Notes: generated by a model from the sequence alone, not told the origin. Positions 8,841-20,507 are shown, counted from the stretch's first letter. The stretch is 64,000 bases of DNA from an uncultured Gemmatimonadales bacterium (GCA_963798085.1 CAWCRS010000007.1:928001-992000), one strand, 5' to 3'. Made by a program: numbers and translations.

Positions 8841-10277
8841 CTATTTGCGCCGCTCGTACGCATACAGTTCCTCGCCGGCATGGCCAATGAAGCGCAGGCG
8901 GAAGACGTCGGGCTCGACTTCCACGACCGCGAAACCCGGCGCCGACATGGCGAACCTGCGTCCGGGCGCAGCCCGCAGGGTGTCGCCCAGCGCATAGTTA
9001 GGGGCGCCGCCTGATCCGGCCACGATGTAGTCGGTGCCATCTCTGAACCAGTGCTGCATCGAGTGGTGGTGGCCTGCGAAGTAGGCGTCGACGTGGTAAC
9101 GCTTCAGCAGCGGCAGCACCTTCGCCTGCTGCGGCTCGACCGTGTAATTCGTCTGCTCGTACACCGGGTAGTGACCGTACACGAATTTCCACTTCGCCGT
9201 GCTCTTCGCCAGCGCATCGCGCAGCCAGTCCAGCTGGCGCTCGGTCAGCTCGTTCGTGTTGATGGCGAAGAACTGCGCGGGTCCGGCCGTGAACGTGTAG
9301 TAGTACGCAGGCAGCCTGAAGCTCGTGCTCGTCCTCCCATAGACGTATTCCGCCAGCGGCCCGTCCGGTTGCCCCCAGTCGTGATTGCCCAGGCTGATGT
9401 AGAAGGGAAATTTCAACCCGTCGTACAGGTCCTCCCATGTGACTTTCCAGTCCGGATCCGATGGTGTGGCGAACGAAGTCGGATAGAAATTGTCACCCGT
9501 CGTGATGCCGAAGTCGATGCGGTGGAGTTTGTGGTATTCGCTTAACACATGTGCCATCAGGACCTGGTGCGTGTCCGTGCGCTCCAGGTGCGCTACACCG
9601 TAGTCCCCGAAAACCGAGAAGCGGATGGGAAGGTTGGCGGGCGCGACGCGGAAGGGCGAGGGTGGCGTGCGCACGAACGCCGGCGCAGCCACCGGTCGCG
9701 CCGCGTGCACCAGGCTTTCGTCCTCCTCGAGCAGCAGGCGCAGCAGTGCGGTGTCGCGCGCCGTCCTCGCCTGCCCGATCCGCTTGCTGACGGCGTCGGG
9801 CAGGCCGCTCGTGGCGAGGGCGAGTACCCGCACCGCACGGGCAGCCGCGGCGATGACCCGCGCGTCGGGATCACGCGCCACACGGTCGACGAGGGCGGGC
9901 ACGATCCCTTCCACACGCGCCCAGCGAGCCGCGTAGTACGGCATCGAGACGACCAGGCTCTCGCGGATGCTGGCGGACGGATCGCGCGCCAGGATCGCCA
10001 GCAGCAGCGGACCCGCCGCCGCGTCGAAGCGGAAACTGCGCAGCGCCACGCGTGCCACGGAATCGTTGCCGGCGGCGTAGCGTCGTGCGGCAACCGCGGC
10101 ATCGGGAGCGAGCCCGACCAGCAGCCGCTCCACCGAATCCGCGCGCAGCCCCAGCCGCTGCGCCACCGCCGGCTGGGCCGTTCCGCCAAGGCTGATGCCG
10201 CAAAGCAGGAGGATGGTAGCCCGACGACGCCGGCGCCGCTCGTCATCTTTCGCTGCCGACAACCGCATTCGATTCAC
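8841..10277 (-). CDS. metallophosphoesterase (purple acid phosphatase-like) with N-terminal HEAT-like helical region
   Basis: GDYG, GDNFY, GNHD, GHYP and GHHH calcineurin-like motifs; signal-peptide-like N-terminus; start uncertain. Confidence 0.85.
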   Translation of the reverse strand: MNRMRLSAAKDDERRRRRRATILLLCGISLGGTAQPAVAQRLGLRADSVERLLVGLAPDAAVAARRYAAGNDSVARVALRSFRFDAAAGPLLLAILARDPSASIRESLVVSMPYYAARWARVEGIVPALVDRVARDPDARVIAAAARAVRVLALATSGLPDAVSKRIGQARTARDTALLRLLLEEDESLVHAARPVAAPAFVRTPPSPFRVAPANLPIRFSVFGDYGVAHLERTDTHQVLMAHVLSEYHKLHRIDFGITTGDNFYPTSFATPSDPDWKVTWEDLYDGLKFPFYISLGNHDWGQPDGPLAEYVYGRTSTSFRLPAYYYTFTAGPAQFFAINTNELTERQLDWLRDALAKSTAKWKFVYGHYPVYEQTNYTVEPQQAKVLPLLKRYHVDAYFAGHHHSMQHWFRDGTDYIVAGSGGAPNYALGDTLRAAPGRRFAMSAPGFAVVEVEPDVFRLRFIGHAGEELYAYERRK

Positions 10278-10623
10278 CCTTCATGTTCGTCCGCACCGGC
10301 CCGTCGCCGGCACTCCGTGTCAGGATTCTGCGATGGTGTTCGCACCGCAAGCGAACCGATTCCATCCGTGGACCGACTCGCTGACTCGATCACGCGGCCT
10401 TGCGCTGGTTGCGTGTTGTCGGGGCCGTGCGAGCGCAGTCTACAGCCCGCATGCACTCGCGGGCCAGCCGACGCGGTTTTTTTCGCCGTGGGGCTGCAAG
10501 AGACCCGTCCCTCTTTCGGCCCGCCGAAAATCCGGCATAGTTCCAGCCTTGGAGCGCACCTGAATGCGCGCCGACAGGCCGGCGATACTTTCCATGCTAC
10601 CTACCGGTTACGAGGAGTGTGCC

Positions 10624-11922
10624 ATGAAGCGCCTGATCGATTCCGGACGAATGCTGGTGGCTTCCTGCGCGGCATTCTCCCTCGTTCTGGCGGTGCCCGT
10701 GTCTGCACAGCAATCCGACAGCGTGCAGGGCGCGCATCAGCTCGAAGCGCTGCTGAGTCTGATTGCCAAACACTATGTTCGTCCCGTCGGCACGGAGAGT
10801 CTCGTCGCTGCGGCGGCGAGAGGCATGATTGCCTCGCTGGATCCGTACTCCGCATGGCTCAATGCAGCCGACTACGCGAACTTCAAGGCGACCCTGGCGG
10901 GCGCGTTCAGCGGGATCGGCATACGCCTGGGATATGACAGCGCACAAGCGGCGTTCCGCGTCGTCGCGCCGTACAGGAATTCGCCGGCCCTCGCGGCAGG
11001 CCTGCGTGCCGACGACATCATTCTCGCCGTGGACGGCCAGCCCGTTACGGGGCGGGGCTTCTTCGACGTGCTTGATGCGATCTCGGGTGCGGCGGGATCG
11101 ACCGTCGCGCTGACGGTTCGCCGCGCTGGCGCCACCAGCCCGCTGAATTTCACGATCCGGCGAGCCGTTGTGGACGTGCCCACGATCCGCGGACTCCGCC
11201 GCGCATCCGCCGGCGGCTGGGACTACATGGCCGGCGCCGGGAGCGATGTGGGCTACATTCGCATCGAGCATTTTGCTGCGACCACGGCGGCCGAGATGGA
11301 CACAGCCCTGAGCGCGCTGCGGCGTGCCGGTGCCCGGGCCCTCATACTCGACTTGCGCGAAAACGCCGGCGGCCTGCTCAGAACCGCACTGGAAACGGCG
11401 GATTTCTTTCTCGACGGCGGTCGCATGCTGACCCTTCACACCGTGGATGGTGACACGGTATACGACGCCCGGCCGGGCGTGGCGACGGCTGTGCCGCTCG
11501 CGATACTCGTCAACCAGCGTACGGCTTCGGCCGCTGAGGTTCTGGCCTCCAGTCTGCAGGATAACCAACGCGCTGTTATCGTCGGCGAGCGCACCTATGG
11601 CAAGGGTTTCGGCCAGGTGCTGTTCAGCCTGGCCGATGGCCAGGGCGCTCTGCGTCTCACCACAATCCGCATGGAGCGCCCGTCCGGCCGGAATCTCGAC
11701 CGGCACATGGCGTCGCCGGACACTGCGCTCGGCGGTGTCTGGCCGGATTCGGGAATGACCCGGGCAATGTCGCCGTCAGAGTACCGCAGCTGGCTGGCTG
11801 TCATGTCGGCTCTCGACGAGGGCATCCCGTTCGCGGACGGACAGGGAGCGTTGCCGTCGCCCGCGGTCGATCCCGTGCTGGACCGCGCGCTGGCCGTGCT
11901 GCGCCGCCGCATCCGGAGCTGA
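10624..11922 (+). CDS. S41 family C-terminal processing peptidase with PDZ domain
   Basis: LDPYS, GIGI (PDZ), DLRENAGG, TASAAE catalytic Ser, GERTYGKG catalytic Lys; GAGGAG RBS. Confidence 0.9.
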   Translation: MKRLIDSGRMLVASCAAFSLVLAVPVSAQQSDSVQGAHQLEALLSLIAKHYVRPVGTESLVAAAARGMIASLDPYSAWLNAADYANFKATLAGAFSGIGIRLGYDSAQAAFRVVAPYRNSPALAAGLRADDIILAVDGQPVTGRGFFDVLDAISGAAGSTVALTVRRAGATSPLNFTIRRAVVDVPTIRGLRRASAGGWDYMAGAGSDVGYIRIEHFAATTAAEMDTALSALRRAGARALILDLRENAGGLLRTALETADFFLDGGRMLTLHTVDGDTVYDARPGVATAVPLAILVNQRTASAAEVLASSLQDNQRAVIVGERTYGKGFGQVLFSLADGQGALRLTTIRMERPSGRNLDRHMASPDTALGGVWPDSGMTRAMSPSEYRSWLAVMSALDEGIPFADGQGALPSPAVDPVLDRALAVLRRRIRS

Positions 11923-13190
11923 TGATCGGCAGCCGGCGTTGCGCACGCATCACACCCCCACGTTGCAGGACAGCGGACCAATGGAGGATCACGTGTACCG
12001 GAGCCGATCCCGTATCGCCATCCGTCGCATTGGCGGGCATTCCTGCGACATTCTGCCCCCGCCCCGCGGGCGCGCTGCTTCCCCCGCGCCGCGCCGCTCC
12101 TGTTCTAACACAGTGTTGCCCCTGCACACGCAATGCTCCCGCCTGACTGCGCCGCAACCTGTGAATGGCTCCACGCGGCGTTGCGTGGGGCGCACCACCC
12201 ACAGGGGCCCCTGCGATCAGGGGAGGCGACCATGGATACTGGAATGCGAGGGATCGCAATCGGCAGTTTCAGCGTACTCCCGGGCTGCTCCGAGCCGGTG
12301 AGGGAACCGTCCGCGTTCGGCAACCTTGGATCTCGGCACGCTGCTTCGCGGGTGCTCCGGAAACGCCCCGCGATCCGTGGGGACGCGTGGTGGTGCAGTA
12401 CTCCGATCTCGGAGGCAATGCACGGCCGGGCATGCTTGTGCGGGTACAACCGGGCGACCACGGCGACGGCCGGGTGCGCCATCGCACACTCGCTGTTAGC
12501 GCACCGCAGGGTTCGGGCCCGGCGCGGCTTTCCCGGGCCGTAGACCCTTCTTGTGAGACGCGTGCGCTCGACACGCCGCGCTCGCGCCGCACGCGCACGT
12601 TCGGGATCGGGCCGGCCCGGATACAACATCCCGCAGGCTAACGCCTGGGGCCGTCACTTTATGACGCTGCGCATGCCAGCGTCCGGTCGCCTGTCGCATG
12701 CGGGGCCGCATCCTGCGTGTGGGCTGGACCTGTACAGGGACGAAACGAAACTCCCGTACTTGCGCGCGCGCCGTCCGCCACGCAAAGTCCCACCGTGCGC
12801 AAGAAAGGGTGCGGAATGTGTGAAGCTGGCCCATCGCTGACAACGGTTCCGGGCCAGCAGTGATCTGTAGTCGTGGTTGCAGACGCATCACACCCCATTT
12901 TTCAAGACAACGGACAGATCCGGGAACATCCGTGAACGCGCGAGCGGGCTGAAGCGGGCCGCTCCGCGAATCACTCACGCGAACGGCGCGCCTGCTCCCC
13001 ACAGACGACGCAGGGATGTTCATGCCGGTGCGTTTTGCGGGCGAATCATCGCGACCGATGCAGGCAGCTCTGCAGTTCTGCCGCAGCAGCGCCGGTGCCT
13101 TTGCCCGTGGGTCGAGAGTCATCGATCCGCCTGAGCGCTCCGCAACTGCCGCGCGAGCCTCCGGTCCTCTTTCCTCCAAGGAGGTGCTGC

Positions 13191-16100
13191 ATGAGTCGAC
13201 GAGCACATCCCCCAGAGCCCGCCGGGCCTGTTCTCCAACACTCCGTTCGCAGGCGGGTTGCGCTCAGCATCGTGCTCGCGGCCGCGTTCGTTGCCTTCCA
13301 CGCGCAGACCGCGCTGGCGCAGGTGCGAACTGTCACGGGCCGCGTCGTTTCCTCATCCACCCGCGAGGCGCTGGTGGGTGCAGAAATATCGGTGGGCGGC
13401 AGCGCCGTCTCCGCCGCGGGTCGCACCTCCGTGACCCTCAGCGCCACTGATGGCACGTTCACCGTGCGCCAGGAAGGCGGCTTCGCGCTCACGATTCGCC
13501 TGCTCGGCTACAAGACCCGCTCGGTCGACATCGTGGCCGGTCAGGACACCCTGCTCGTTTCGCTGGATCCCGATCCACTGCGTCTCGACGAAGTGGTCGT
13601 GACTGGACAGGCCACCGGCGTGCAGCGTCGCAACCTTGCCAACGCGGTGTCCACGGTGGACGCGAGTCAGCTCAACATCGTGCCCACGGCCAGCATCGAG
13701 ACGCAGCTCATCGCCAAGGTGGCGGGCGCGAACATCCAGGCCAATTCCGGGGCGCCCGGTGGCGGTAACCAGGTGATGCTGCGCGGCGTCTCCACCATTT
13801 TCGGGGATGCGACGCCGCTCTTCGTCGTGGACGGCGTCATCATCTCGGACGTCGCGATTCCTTCCGGCGCCAATTCCATTACCGACGCCGGTGGCGGCAT
13901 TGCCAACGTGCAGGACAACGCGCCCAACCGCATTGCCGACCTCAACGTCGCCGACATCGAGAACATCGAGATCCTCAAGGGCGGCTCGGCGGCCGCGATC
14001 TACGGGTCACAGGCTAACAACGGCGTTATCCTGATCACGACCCGGCGAGGCCGCGCCGGCAAGACAGCCTTCTCCCTGACCCAGCGCTTCGGCGTTTCCC
14101 GCCTGGCCAACGAAGTCGGCGTGCGCACCTTCAAGACCGCGCAGGAAGCCATCGACGCGCGCGGCAGCACCGCCAGCGACTACCTCTCCCAGTTCAACGG
14201 CCAGCTGCCCGGTCCGTTCGATCTCGAGAAACAGCTCGCGCCAGGCAATGCGCCCGGACTGGAAACGTCGCTCAGCATGAGCGGCGGCAATGACCAGACG
14301 CGCTTCTACGCCTCGGGGCTGGCGCACAAGGAAGACGGCATCGTCACCGGGACGTACTACGACAAATACACGATGGCGCTGAATCTCGACCAGAACCTGA
14401 GCGACCGCATGGCGCTCGAGCTGCGCACCAATGCGCTGCACACCATGACCGGCCGCGGCTTCACAGGCAACGACAACACCAGCACGACGTACTACGTCAC
14501 GCTCACCAGTACGCCCAGCTTCGTTGACCTGCGCAAGAGCGCCAACGGCACGTTCCCGGTCAATTCCTTCGCCAACTCGAACCCGCTGCAGACCGCCGAT
14601 CTCGTGAAGAATGACGAATCGGTGAATCGCTTCATCGGCAGTCTGCGCGGCTCCTGGGATGTGTTGCGCACGGAGCGGCAGTCGCTGCGGCTGCTGGTGC
14701 AGGGCGGCGCGGACGTGTTCGACCTCGAGAACAAGGTCTATGCGCCGGAGGACGTGCAGTTCGAGTGTCTGACGGTGGGCTGCACGCCCACGGACCAGTT
14801 CCCCGGCACCTCCGTCAACGGCAACACGTCCAACCGCCAGTACAACATGAACACCAACGCGGTGCACAGCTTCTCGCCCGCCAGCGGCTTCTTCACCGCC
14901 ACCACATCCGCGGGGCTGCAGTACGAGTACACGGATCAGGACGTGGTGCGCGTGCAGGCCACGGATCTGTTCCCCGGCCAGGAGAACGTGAACCAGGCCG
15001 TGAATCGCCTGCCGCAGGAGGCCCGCAGTCGCAGCAAGAACTACGGCGTATATGGCCAGGAGGAGCTGCTCATCAATGAGCGCCTGCTGCTCACGGCCGG
15101 TCTGCGCGGCGATCGCTCCAGCAACAACGTGCAGATCGACAAGTGGTTCACCTATCCGAAATTCTCCGGCTCCTACCGCTTCGGCGTGAAGCGCGGACTG
15201 CTGGACGAGTTCAAGCTGCGCGCGGCCTGGGGCCAGTCCGGTCTGCAGCCGCAGTACGGCCAGAAATTCAACAACCTGAATCCCGGTTCCATCGGCGGGC
15301 TGCAGACACTGGCACTGGGTGGCACTACGGCCGCGGCAGACCTGCGGCCCGAGCGCCAGACGGAGATCGAGGGCGGCTTCGATGCCACGCTCTTCGGCGG
15401 CAAGGCCAGCTTCGAGTTCACCGCGTTCCACCAGCGCGTCGATGACCTGATCCTGACGCGCGCACTGGCGCCCTCCACCGGTTTCGCCAGTGCCGTGTTC
15501 AACAATGACGGCTTCATGAGCTCGCACGGCATCGAGGCCGCGCTGCGCGCGGTGCCCGTCCAGAGCGGCGGCTTCAGCTGGAACACCGGCATCACCTTCG
15601 CCATGGATCGCTCGAAGATGGACTCGCTGAGCGTGCCGCCCTTCAATGCGCCTAACGCGGGGTTTGGCACCTCGCTCGGCGCCGGCCGCATTGAGCAGGG
15701 CAGGTCGCTCACCCAGATCGTGGGCCGCGACACCATTTCCGTGGCCGATGACCCGCGCTGCCTGGAAGCGCTGGCCGCGACGGCGGGCGATGGCAAGTGC
15801 GTGCCCGGCACGCGCATTGTCACCAACCTGGGCGACGCCAGCCCCGACTTCCGCATGGGCTTCTCCAATGACTTCCGCTACCGCTCCCTCACGCTGACCA
15901 CGACGCTCGACTGGCAGCAGGGCGGCAAGGTCGTGAATCTGCTCGGCTACCTGCTCGACCTGAATCAGAACAGCAAGGACTACGCGGACCCGTGCACCAA
16001 TCCGGGCTGCAAGGCCGGGGAAACGCTGGGCGAGTACCGGCTGCGCGTCTACCCCGCGCGCACGTCCACCGTCTGGCTGGAAGACGCCACCTTCGTGAAG

Positions 16101-16340
16101 CTGCGTGAGCTGGCGCTGTCGTGGGACCTGCCCAGGGGATTCCTCCACAACTCGCCGCTGCGCGACATTAACAGCGCCCGCATCACCTTCAGCGGCCGCA
16201 ACCTGCTGCGCTTCACGAAATACACGGGCATGGATCCCGAAGTGAACAACTTCGGCAATACCGCGATCCGCACGAACATTGACGTCGGGCCGTACCCGCC
16301 GAGCCGTTCATTCTGGCTCTCCCTGGACCTCCGTTTCTGA
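13191..16340 (+). CDS. susC: SusC/RagA family TonB-linked outer membrane transporter
   Basis: CarboxypepD-like N-domain, LDEVVVTG, PLFVVDG, IEILKGGSAAAIYGSQANNGVILITT, C-terminal YP..R...LDLRF; AAGGAGG RBS. Confidence 0.93.
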   Translation: MSRRAHPPEPAGPVLQHSVRRRVALSIVLAAAFVAFHAQTALAQVRTVTGRVVSSSTREALVGAEISVGGSAVSAAGRTSVTLSATDGTFTVRQEGGFALTIRLLGYKTRSVDIVAGQDTLLVSLDPDPLRLDEVVVTGQATGVQRRNLANAVSTVDASQLNIVPTASIETQLIAKVAGANIQANSGAPGGGNQVMLRGVSTIFGDATPLFVVDGVIISDVAIPSGANSITDAGGGIANVQDNAPNRIADLNVADIENIEILKGGSAAAIYGSQANNGVILITTRRGRAGKTAFSLTQRFGVSRLANEVGVRTFKTAQEAIDARGSTASDYLSQFNGQLPGPFDLEKQLAPGNAPGLETSLSMSGGNDQTRFYASGLAHKEDGIVTGTYYDKYTMALNLDQNLSDRMALELRTNALHTMTGRGFTGNDNTSTTYYVTLTSTPSFVDLRKSANGTFPVNSFANSNPLQTADLVKNDESVNRFIGSLRGSWDVLRTERQSLRLLVQGGADVFDLENKVYAPEDVQFECLTVGCTPTDQFPGTSVNGNTSNRQYNMNTNAVHSFSPASGFFTATTSAGLQYEYTDQDVVRVQATDLFPGQENVNQAVNRLPQEARSRSKNYGVYGQEELLINERLLLTAGLRGDRSSNNVQIDKWFTYPKFSGSYRFGVKRGLLDEFKLRAAWGQSGLQPQYGQKFNNLNPGSIGGLQTLALGGTTAAADLRPERQTEIEGGFDATLFGGKASFEFTAFHQRVDDLILTRALAPSTGFASAVFNNDGFMSSHGIEAALRAVPVQSGGFSWNTGITFAMDRSKMDSLSVPPFNAPNAGFGTSLGAGRIEQGRSLTQIVGRDTISVADDPRCLEALAATAGDGKCVPGTRIVTNLGDASPDFRMGFSNDFRYRSLTLTTTLDWQQGGKVVNLLGYLLDLNQNSKDYADPCTNPGCKAGETLGEYRLRVYPARTSTVWLEDATFVKLRELALSWDLPRGFLHNSPLRDINSARITFSGRNLLRFTKYTGMDPEVNNFGNTAIRTNIDVGPYPPSRSFWLSLDLRF

Positions 16341-16369
16341 CCATGACCCGACCGGGAGAAATTGCGACC

Positions 16370-17704
16370 ATGAAAACATCAATGCTGCTTTTCGTCGCGG
16401 CGCTGTCGCTGGCGGCGTGTAATCCCGACCTGACAGTGCCCAACCTGAACAACCCCAGCGCCGGCGGATCCGCCACACGCAGCACGGTGGTCGCCAACGC
16501 ACAGGGGCTGATCGGCAACGTGCGCGGCATGGCCACCTCGAACGTGGTCAGCTCTTTCGGCGTGTGGGGACGCGAAGCCTATGCCCTCGCGCCTGAAGAG
16601 CCTCGCCCGTACACGGACAACCTCATCGGACCGAGAGACCCCAACTCCTTCGGCTCCGGCGCCTACTTCAACTACGGCACGCTGGTGCAGGTGAGCTCGC
16701 TGCTGCAGGCGGTCGATGCCGTGTCCAACATGACCGACGAGGAGAAGCAGGCCGTCCGCGGCTGGGCTAACACGGTGGCAGCGTTCGCGTATTTCCAGAC
16801 CGCGCTCGCCTACCAGCCCGATGGGGCACCGCTGGAGCCGCCCGAGAACCCCACGGGCGAACTCGCGCCCATCGCCACCGGCGCCGAGCTGTATCAGCGC
16901 TCGCTCGACCTGTTCGATGAGGCGTACACCGAGCTGCAGGCGGGCGGCAGCGCCTTCCCCTTCTCGCTGACGCCCGGTTACGCCGGCTTCGACACGCCGC
17001 AGCAGTTCGCCAAGGTCAATCGTGCGCTGAAGGCCCGCACGCTCAAGTACATGGGCAGGTGGGCCGATGTGCTGACCGCGCTGCAGCAGTCGTTCATCGA
17101 CCCCACCGGCGATCTCGACCTCGGCGCCTACAGCGACTACTTTGCCGCGGACAACACCTTCAATCCCTTCAACAACCCGCGCACGAATTTCGTGCATCCG
17201 CGCATCCTGCACAATGCGCAGCTCAAGGCGAATGGTCAGCCGGATGACCGCGCAACCAGTAAGACGGTGCCCACGGATCCGACCAACTATCAGGGTGTTG
17301 TCGCCACGGAGAAGCCCAACATGTATCCCAGTAACACTTCGCCCTTCCCCTGGATCACCAATGAAGAGCTGATCCTGCTCCGGGCGGAAGCGGAGCATGG
17401 GATGGGCAGTGATGCCAATGCCCTCGCCGATGTGAACATCATTCGCACAAGGGCAGGCGGCCTGCCCGCGGCCAGCGGCCTCACCGGTGATGCGCTGCTG
17501 ACCGAGATCCTGTACAACCGCCTCTACTCGCTGCTCTGGCGAGGCGGCTTCGCGTACTGGGACGCGCGCCAGTACAACCGGCTGAGCCAGCTGCCGCGCG
17601 CCCTGCCCAACCACGTGGTATTCGACCGCGTGAACTGGCCTGCCAACGAGTGCATTGCGCGCGTCATGACCACCGGCCCCTGCGGCCCGGTGGATGGTTC
17701 ATGA
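16370..17704 (+). CDS. susD: RagB/SusD family nutrient-binding lipoprotein
   Basis: Lipobox LSLAAC; EELILLRAEA; N.IRTRAGGL; directly follows susC. Confidence 0.9.
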   Translation: MKTSMLLFVAALSLAACNPDLTVPNLNNPSAGGSATRSTVVANAQGLIGNVRGMATSNVVSSFGVWGREAYALAPEEPRPYTDNLIGPRDPNSFGSGAYFNYGTLVQVSSLLQAVDAVSNMTDEEKQAVRGWANTVAAFAYFQTALAYQPDGAPLEPPENPTGELAPIATGAELYQRSLDLFDEAYTELQAGGSAFPFSLTPGYAGFDTPQQFAKVNRALKARTLKYMGRWADVLTALQQSFIDPTGDLDLGAYSDYFAADNTFNPFNNPRTNFVHPRILHNAQLKANGQPDDRATSKTVPTDPTNYQGVVATEKPNMYPSNTSPFPWITNEELILLRAEAEHGMGSDANALADVNIIRTRAGGLPAASGLTGDALLTEILYNRLYSLLWRGGFAYWDARQYNRLSQLPRALPNHVVFDRVNWPANECIARVMTTGPCGPVDGS

Positions 17705-17730
17705 CCACAGTTCGCCACTGAAGAAAACAA

Positions 17731-17763
17731 CCGCCCCCGCGGTCCATTGGTCCGCGGGGGCGG
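17731..17763. terminator. hairpin after susD
   Basis: CCGCCCCCGCGG ... CCGCGGGGGCGG, 12-bp stem. Confidence 0.6.
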
Positions 17764-17911
17764 CGTCGCTCCATCACCTCCGCATTCGCTGTTTACGCGT
17801 GGCCGGCACTGGCTGGTACGAGCCGGCGTGCGCGCTGCTCGAAACGAAGCCGTGCGCAATGTCGTATTTCCCGAAGCAACACTTCCCACACACTCCACGC
17901 GGATAGATCGC

Positions 17912-20388
17912 ATGGCATCGCTGATGCGGGACATTCGATATGCGCTGCGGCAGCTTGCGCGCGCCCCGGCTTTGCCGCGGTCGCCGATCCTTACGCTCGG
18001 TCTCGGGATCGGCGCGAACACGGCGATCTTCAGCGCCGTGAACGGGCTGCTGCTGCGGCCGCCCGGCGGCGTCGCGGATTTCGGTGCGCTCGTCTCCATC
18101 TACACGAGCGACTACAGCGGCCCGCCGTACGGCAATTCGCTCGCTGCCGGACGTCCGCGATTTCGGTGCAGGCACACCGGCGCTGTCGGGCGTCGGCAGC
18201 ATACACCGTTTCGCCTGTGGTCGCTCAGCGATGCTGAGCGGCAGCCGCGGCCGCCGAGATGGTGCTCGGACAGGTCGTGACGCCGAATTTCTTCACAGGT
18301 GCTCGGCGCCCGGCTCCGATTGCGGGTCGCTCATTCACGGGTGATGAAGGCTCGCCGGCCGGCCGCAACGATGTGGTCGTACTGGGCCACGAATTCTGGC
18401 AGACCATTTCCCGGGCGACCCGGCATCGTGGGCCGCGGCCGTGCGACTCGGCGGGCGTGCCCTTCACCGTGATCGGTGTCGCCGCCCCGCGAATTCCCGG
18501 GCTGTTGCCCGGACTTTCGCCCGCGTTCTTCGTGCCCGTCGGCGCGCCCGGCTGTCACGGAAGCCGGACATGCTTCGAGCAACGCGGCAGCCGCAGCTTC
18601 TTCACGTTCGGTCGGCTCGCCGGAGTGCGACACTCGAGCAGGCCGCGCCAGCTGCAGACGTGTCGCCGCCGCGCTGCACCAGCAGTACCCGCACGCATGG
18701 ACGGACATCCAGGACCAGCCGCGACGCGTCATCGGTGATTCCCGCGGCGCAGGCGACGGTTCCGCCGCAGCTGCGCGGTCCCGTGGCCGGCTTCGTCGCG
18801 CTGCTGATGGCCATCGTGGCCGGCGTTCTGCTGATCGGCTGCGTCAACATCGCGAACCTGCTTCTCGCGCGGGCGACGGGCCGGCGGCGCGAGATCGCGG
18901 TCCGCGTCGCCATCGGCGCCGGCCGCGGCCGGCTGATCCGCCAGCTGCTGACCGAGAGCATGGTGCTCGCCGCCCTCGGCGCGATCCTCGGCATGGTTCT
19001 GGCCGTGGCCGGGACACGTGCGCTGACTCTCGTCTCGCCAGCCTGCCCCTGCCCGTCACGGTGCGCCTCGACATTTCGCCCGACCTGCGCGTGCTCGGCT
19101 TCGCCGCCCTCGTCGCGCTCATCGCGGGCGCTGCTGTTCGGCCTGGCGCCCGCGCTGCTCTCGACTCGGCGCAGCCTCGCCGCCTCCATGCATCCGCGAG
19201 GATGAGGGCGGCCGAAGGCTCGGCCTGCGTGCCGTGCTGGCCGCGGGCCAGATCACCATCGCCATGGTTCTGCTCGTCGCTGGCGGACTGCTCGTCCGCA
19301 GCCTGCTGTCCGCGCAATCGATCGATCCCGGCTTCCGGCCCGACGGCCTGCTCTCCGTCAGCATCGCGATGGACGAAAACTCGAAGACGCCCGAGCAACG
19401 CGTCCTGTTCCAGCACGAGCTCGCCGAGCGGGTTCGCGGCCTGCCCGGGTGTCGCCGACGTCAGCTATGTCAGCTCATTACCGCTCAGCGCCGGCAACGG
19501 CCGCCGCTCCTTTGCGATCGAGGGGTACCGGCCGGCCGACAGCGAGGACATGGAGATCCACTGGAGCAATGCGGGCCCCAATTATTTCCGGACGATGGGA
19601 ACCGGTTGCTGCGAGCGGCCGCGAGTTCACGAGGCGGACGCACTGGACGCGCCGAGGACGGCGATCGTGAACGAGGCTTTCGCGCCACTACCTCGCCGGT
19701 CAGGATCCGGTCGGCAAACGGCTGGGCTCCGGTGGCGAATGCCCGCTCTCATCCGAGATCATGGTGTTGCAGAGACGGGCAAGTACGTGTCCCTCGGTGA
19801 GGAGCCGCTGCCGTTCGTCTGGCTGGCAGCCGACCAGCGACCACGCTGCTTCCTGACACTCGTCGTGCGCGGTCGGGCGGCGCCGGCGGCCCTGGCGCAG
19901 CCGATACGGCGACGTCATTGCGAACGTCGATCCCGATGCCGCCGTCACGACCGTCGCCCTCGCCGAACCAGCACTCGTCGTTCGCGCTGCTGCCGCAGAA
20001 GGTCGGTGCGCTGGATGCTCGGACTCTTCGGCCTGCTCGGCCTTGCCCTCGCCGCAATCGGCATCTATGGCGTCATGGCCTACGCCGTGAATCAGCGGAC
20101 GCGCGAGTTCGGCGTGCGGCTGGCGCTCGGTGCGAGCACTGCCAATGTCACATGGATGGTGGTGCGACAGGGAATGATCGTGGCCGCCATCGGCGGATTC
20201 ATCGGCCTTGCGCTCGCCGCCGCCGCAACTCGCCTGATGCGGTTCCTGCTGTTCGACATAAAGCCGCTCGATCCCCTGACGTTTGCCGCAGTGACGCGAT
20301 CGTTTTCGTCGTTGCACTGCTGTCGAACTGGCTGCCGGCGAGGCGGACGGCGCGCGTGGATCCGCTGCAGGCACTGCGATACGACTGA
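17912..20388 (+). pseudogene. ADOP/MacB-like duplicated ABC permease, broken by many frameshifts (pseudogene or assembly errors)
   Basis: Fragments in different frames: [108 protein letters not shown]. Confidence 0.8.
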
Positions 20389-20507
20389 GCCGGGCGGTAC
20401 CACTGTGTTGCACGGAGTGTGCGGGCGGCGCACCGCCGCCTCCGATGCGAATGCTGCCGGACGACGGCTGGCCGGTGGACAGCCTGCCGCTTCCCTGAAC
20501 AACGCGA

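Noticed and set aside
12140..12170. Cobalamin riboswitch
   Set aside because: Only a partial motif; the other conserved elements were not recognisable and it lies about 1 kb from the susC start
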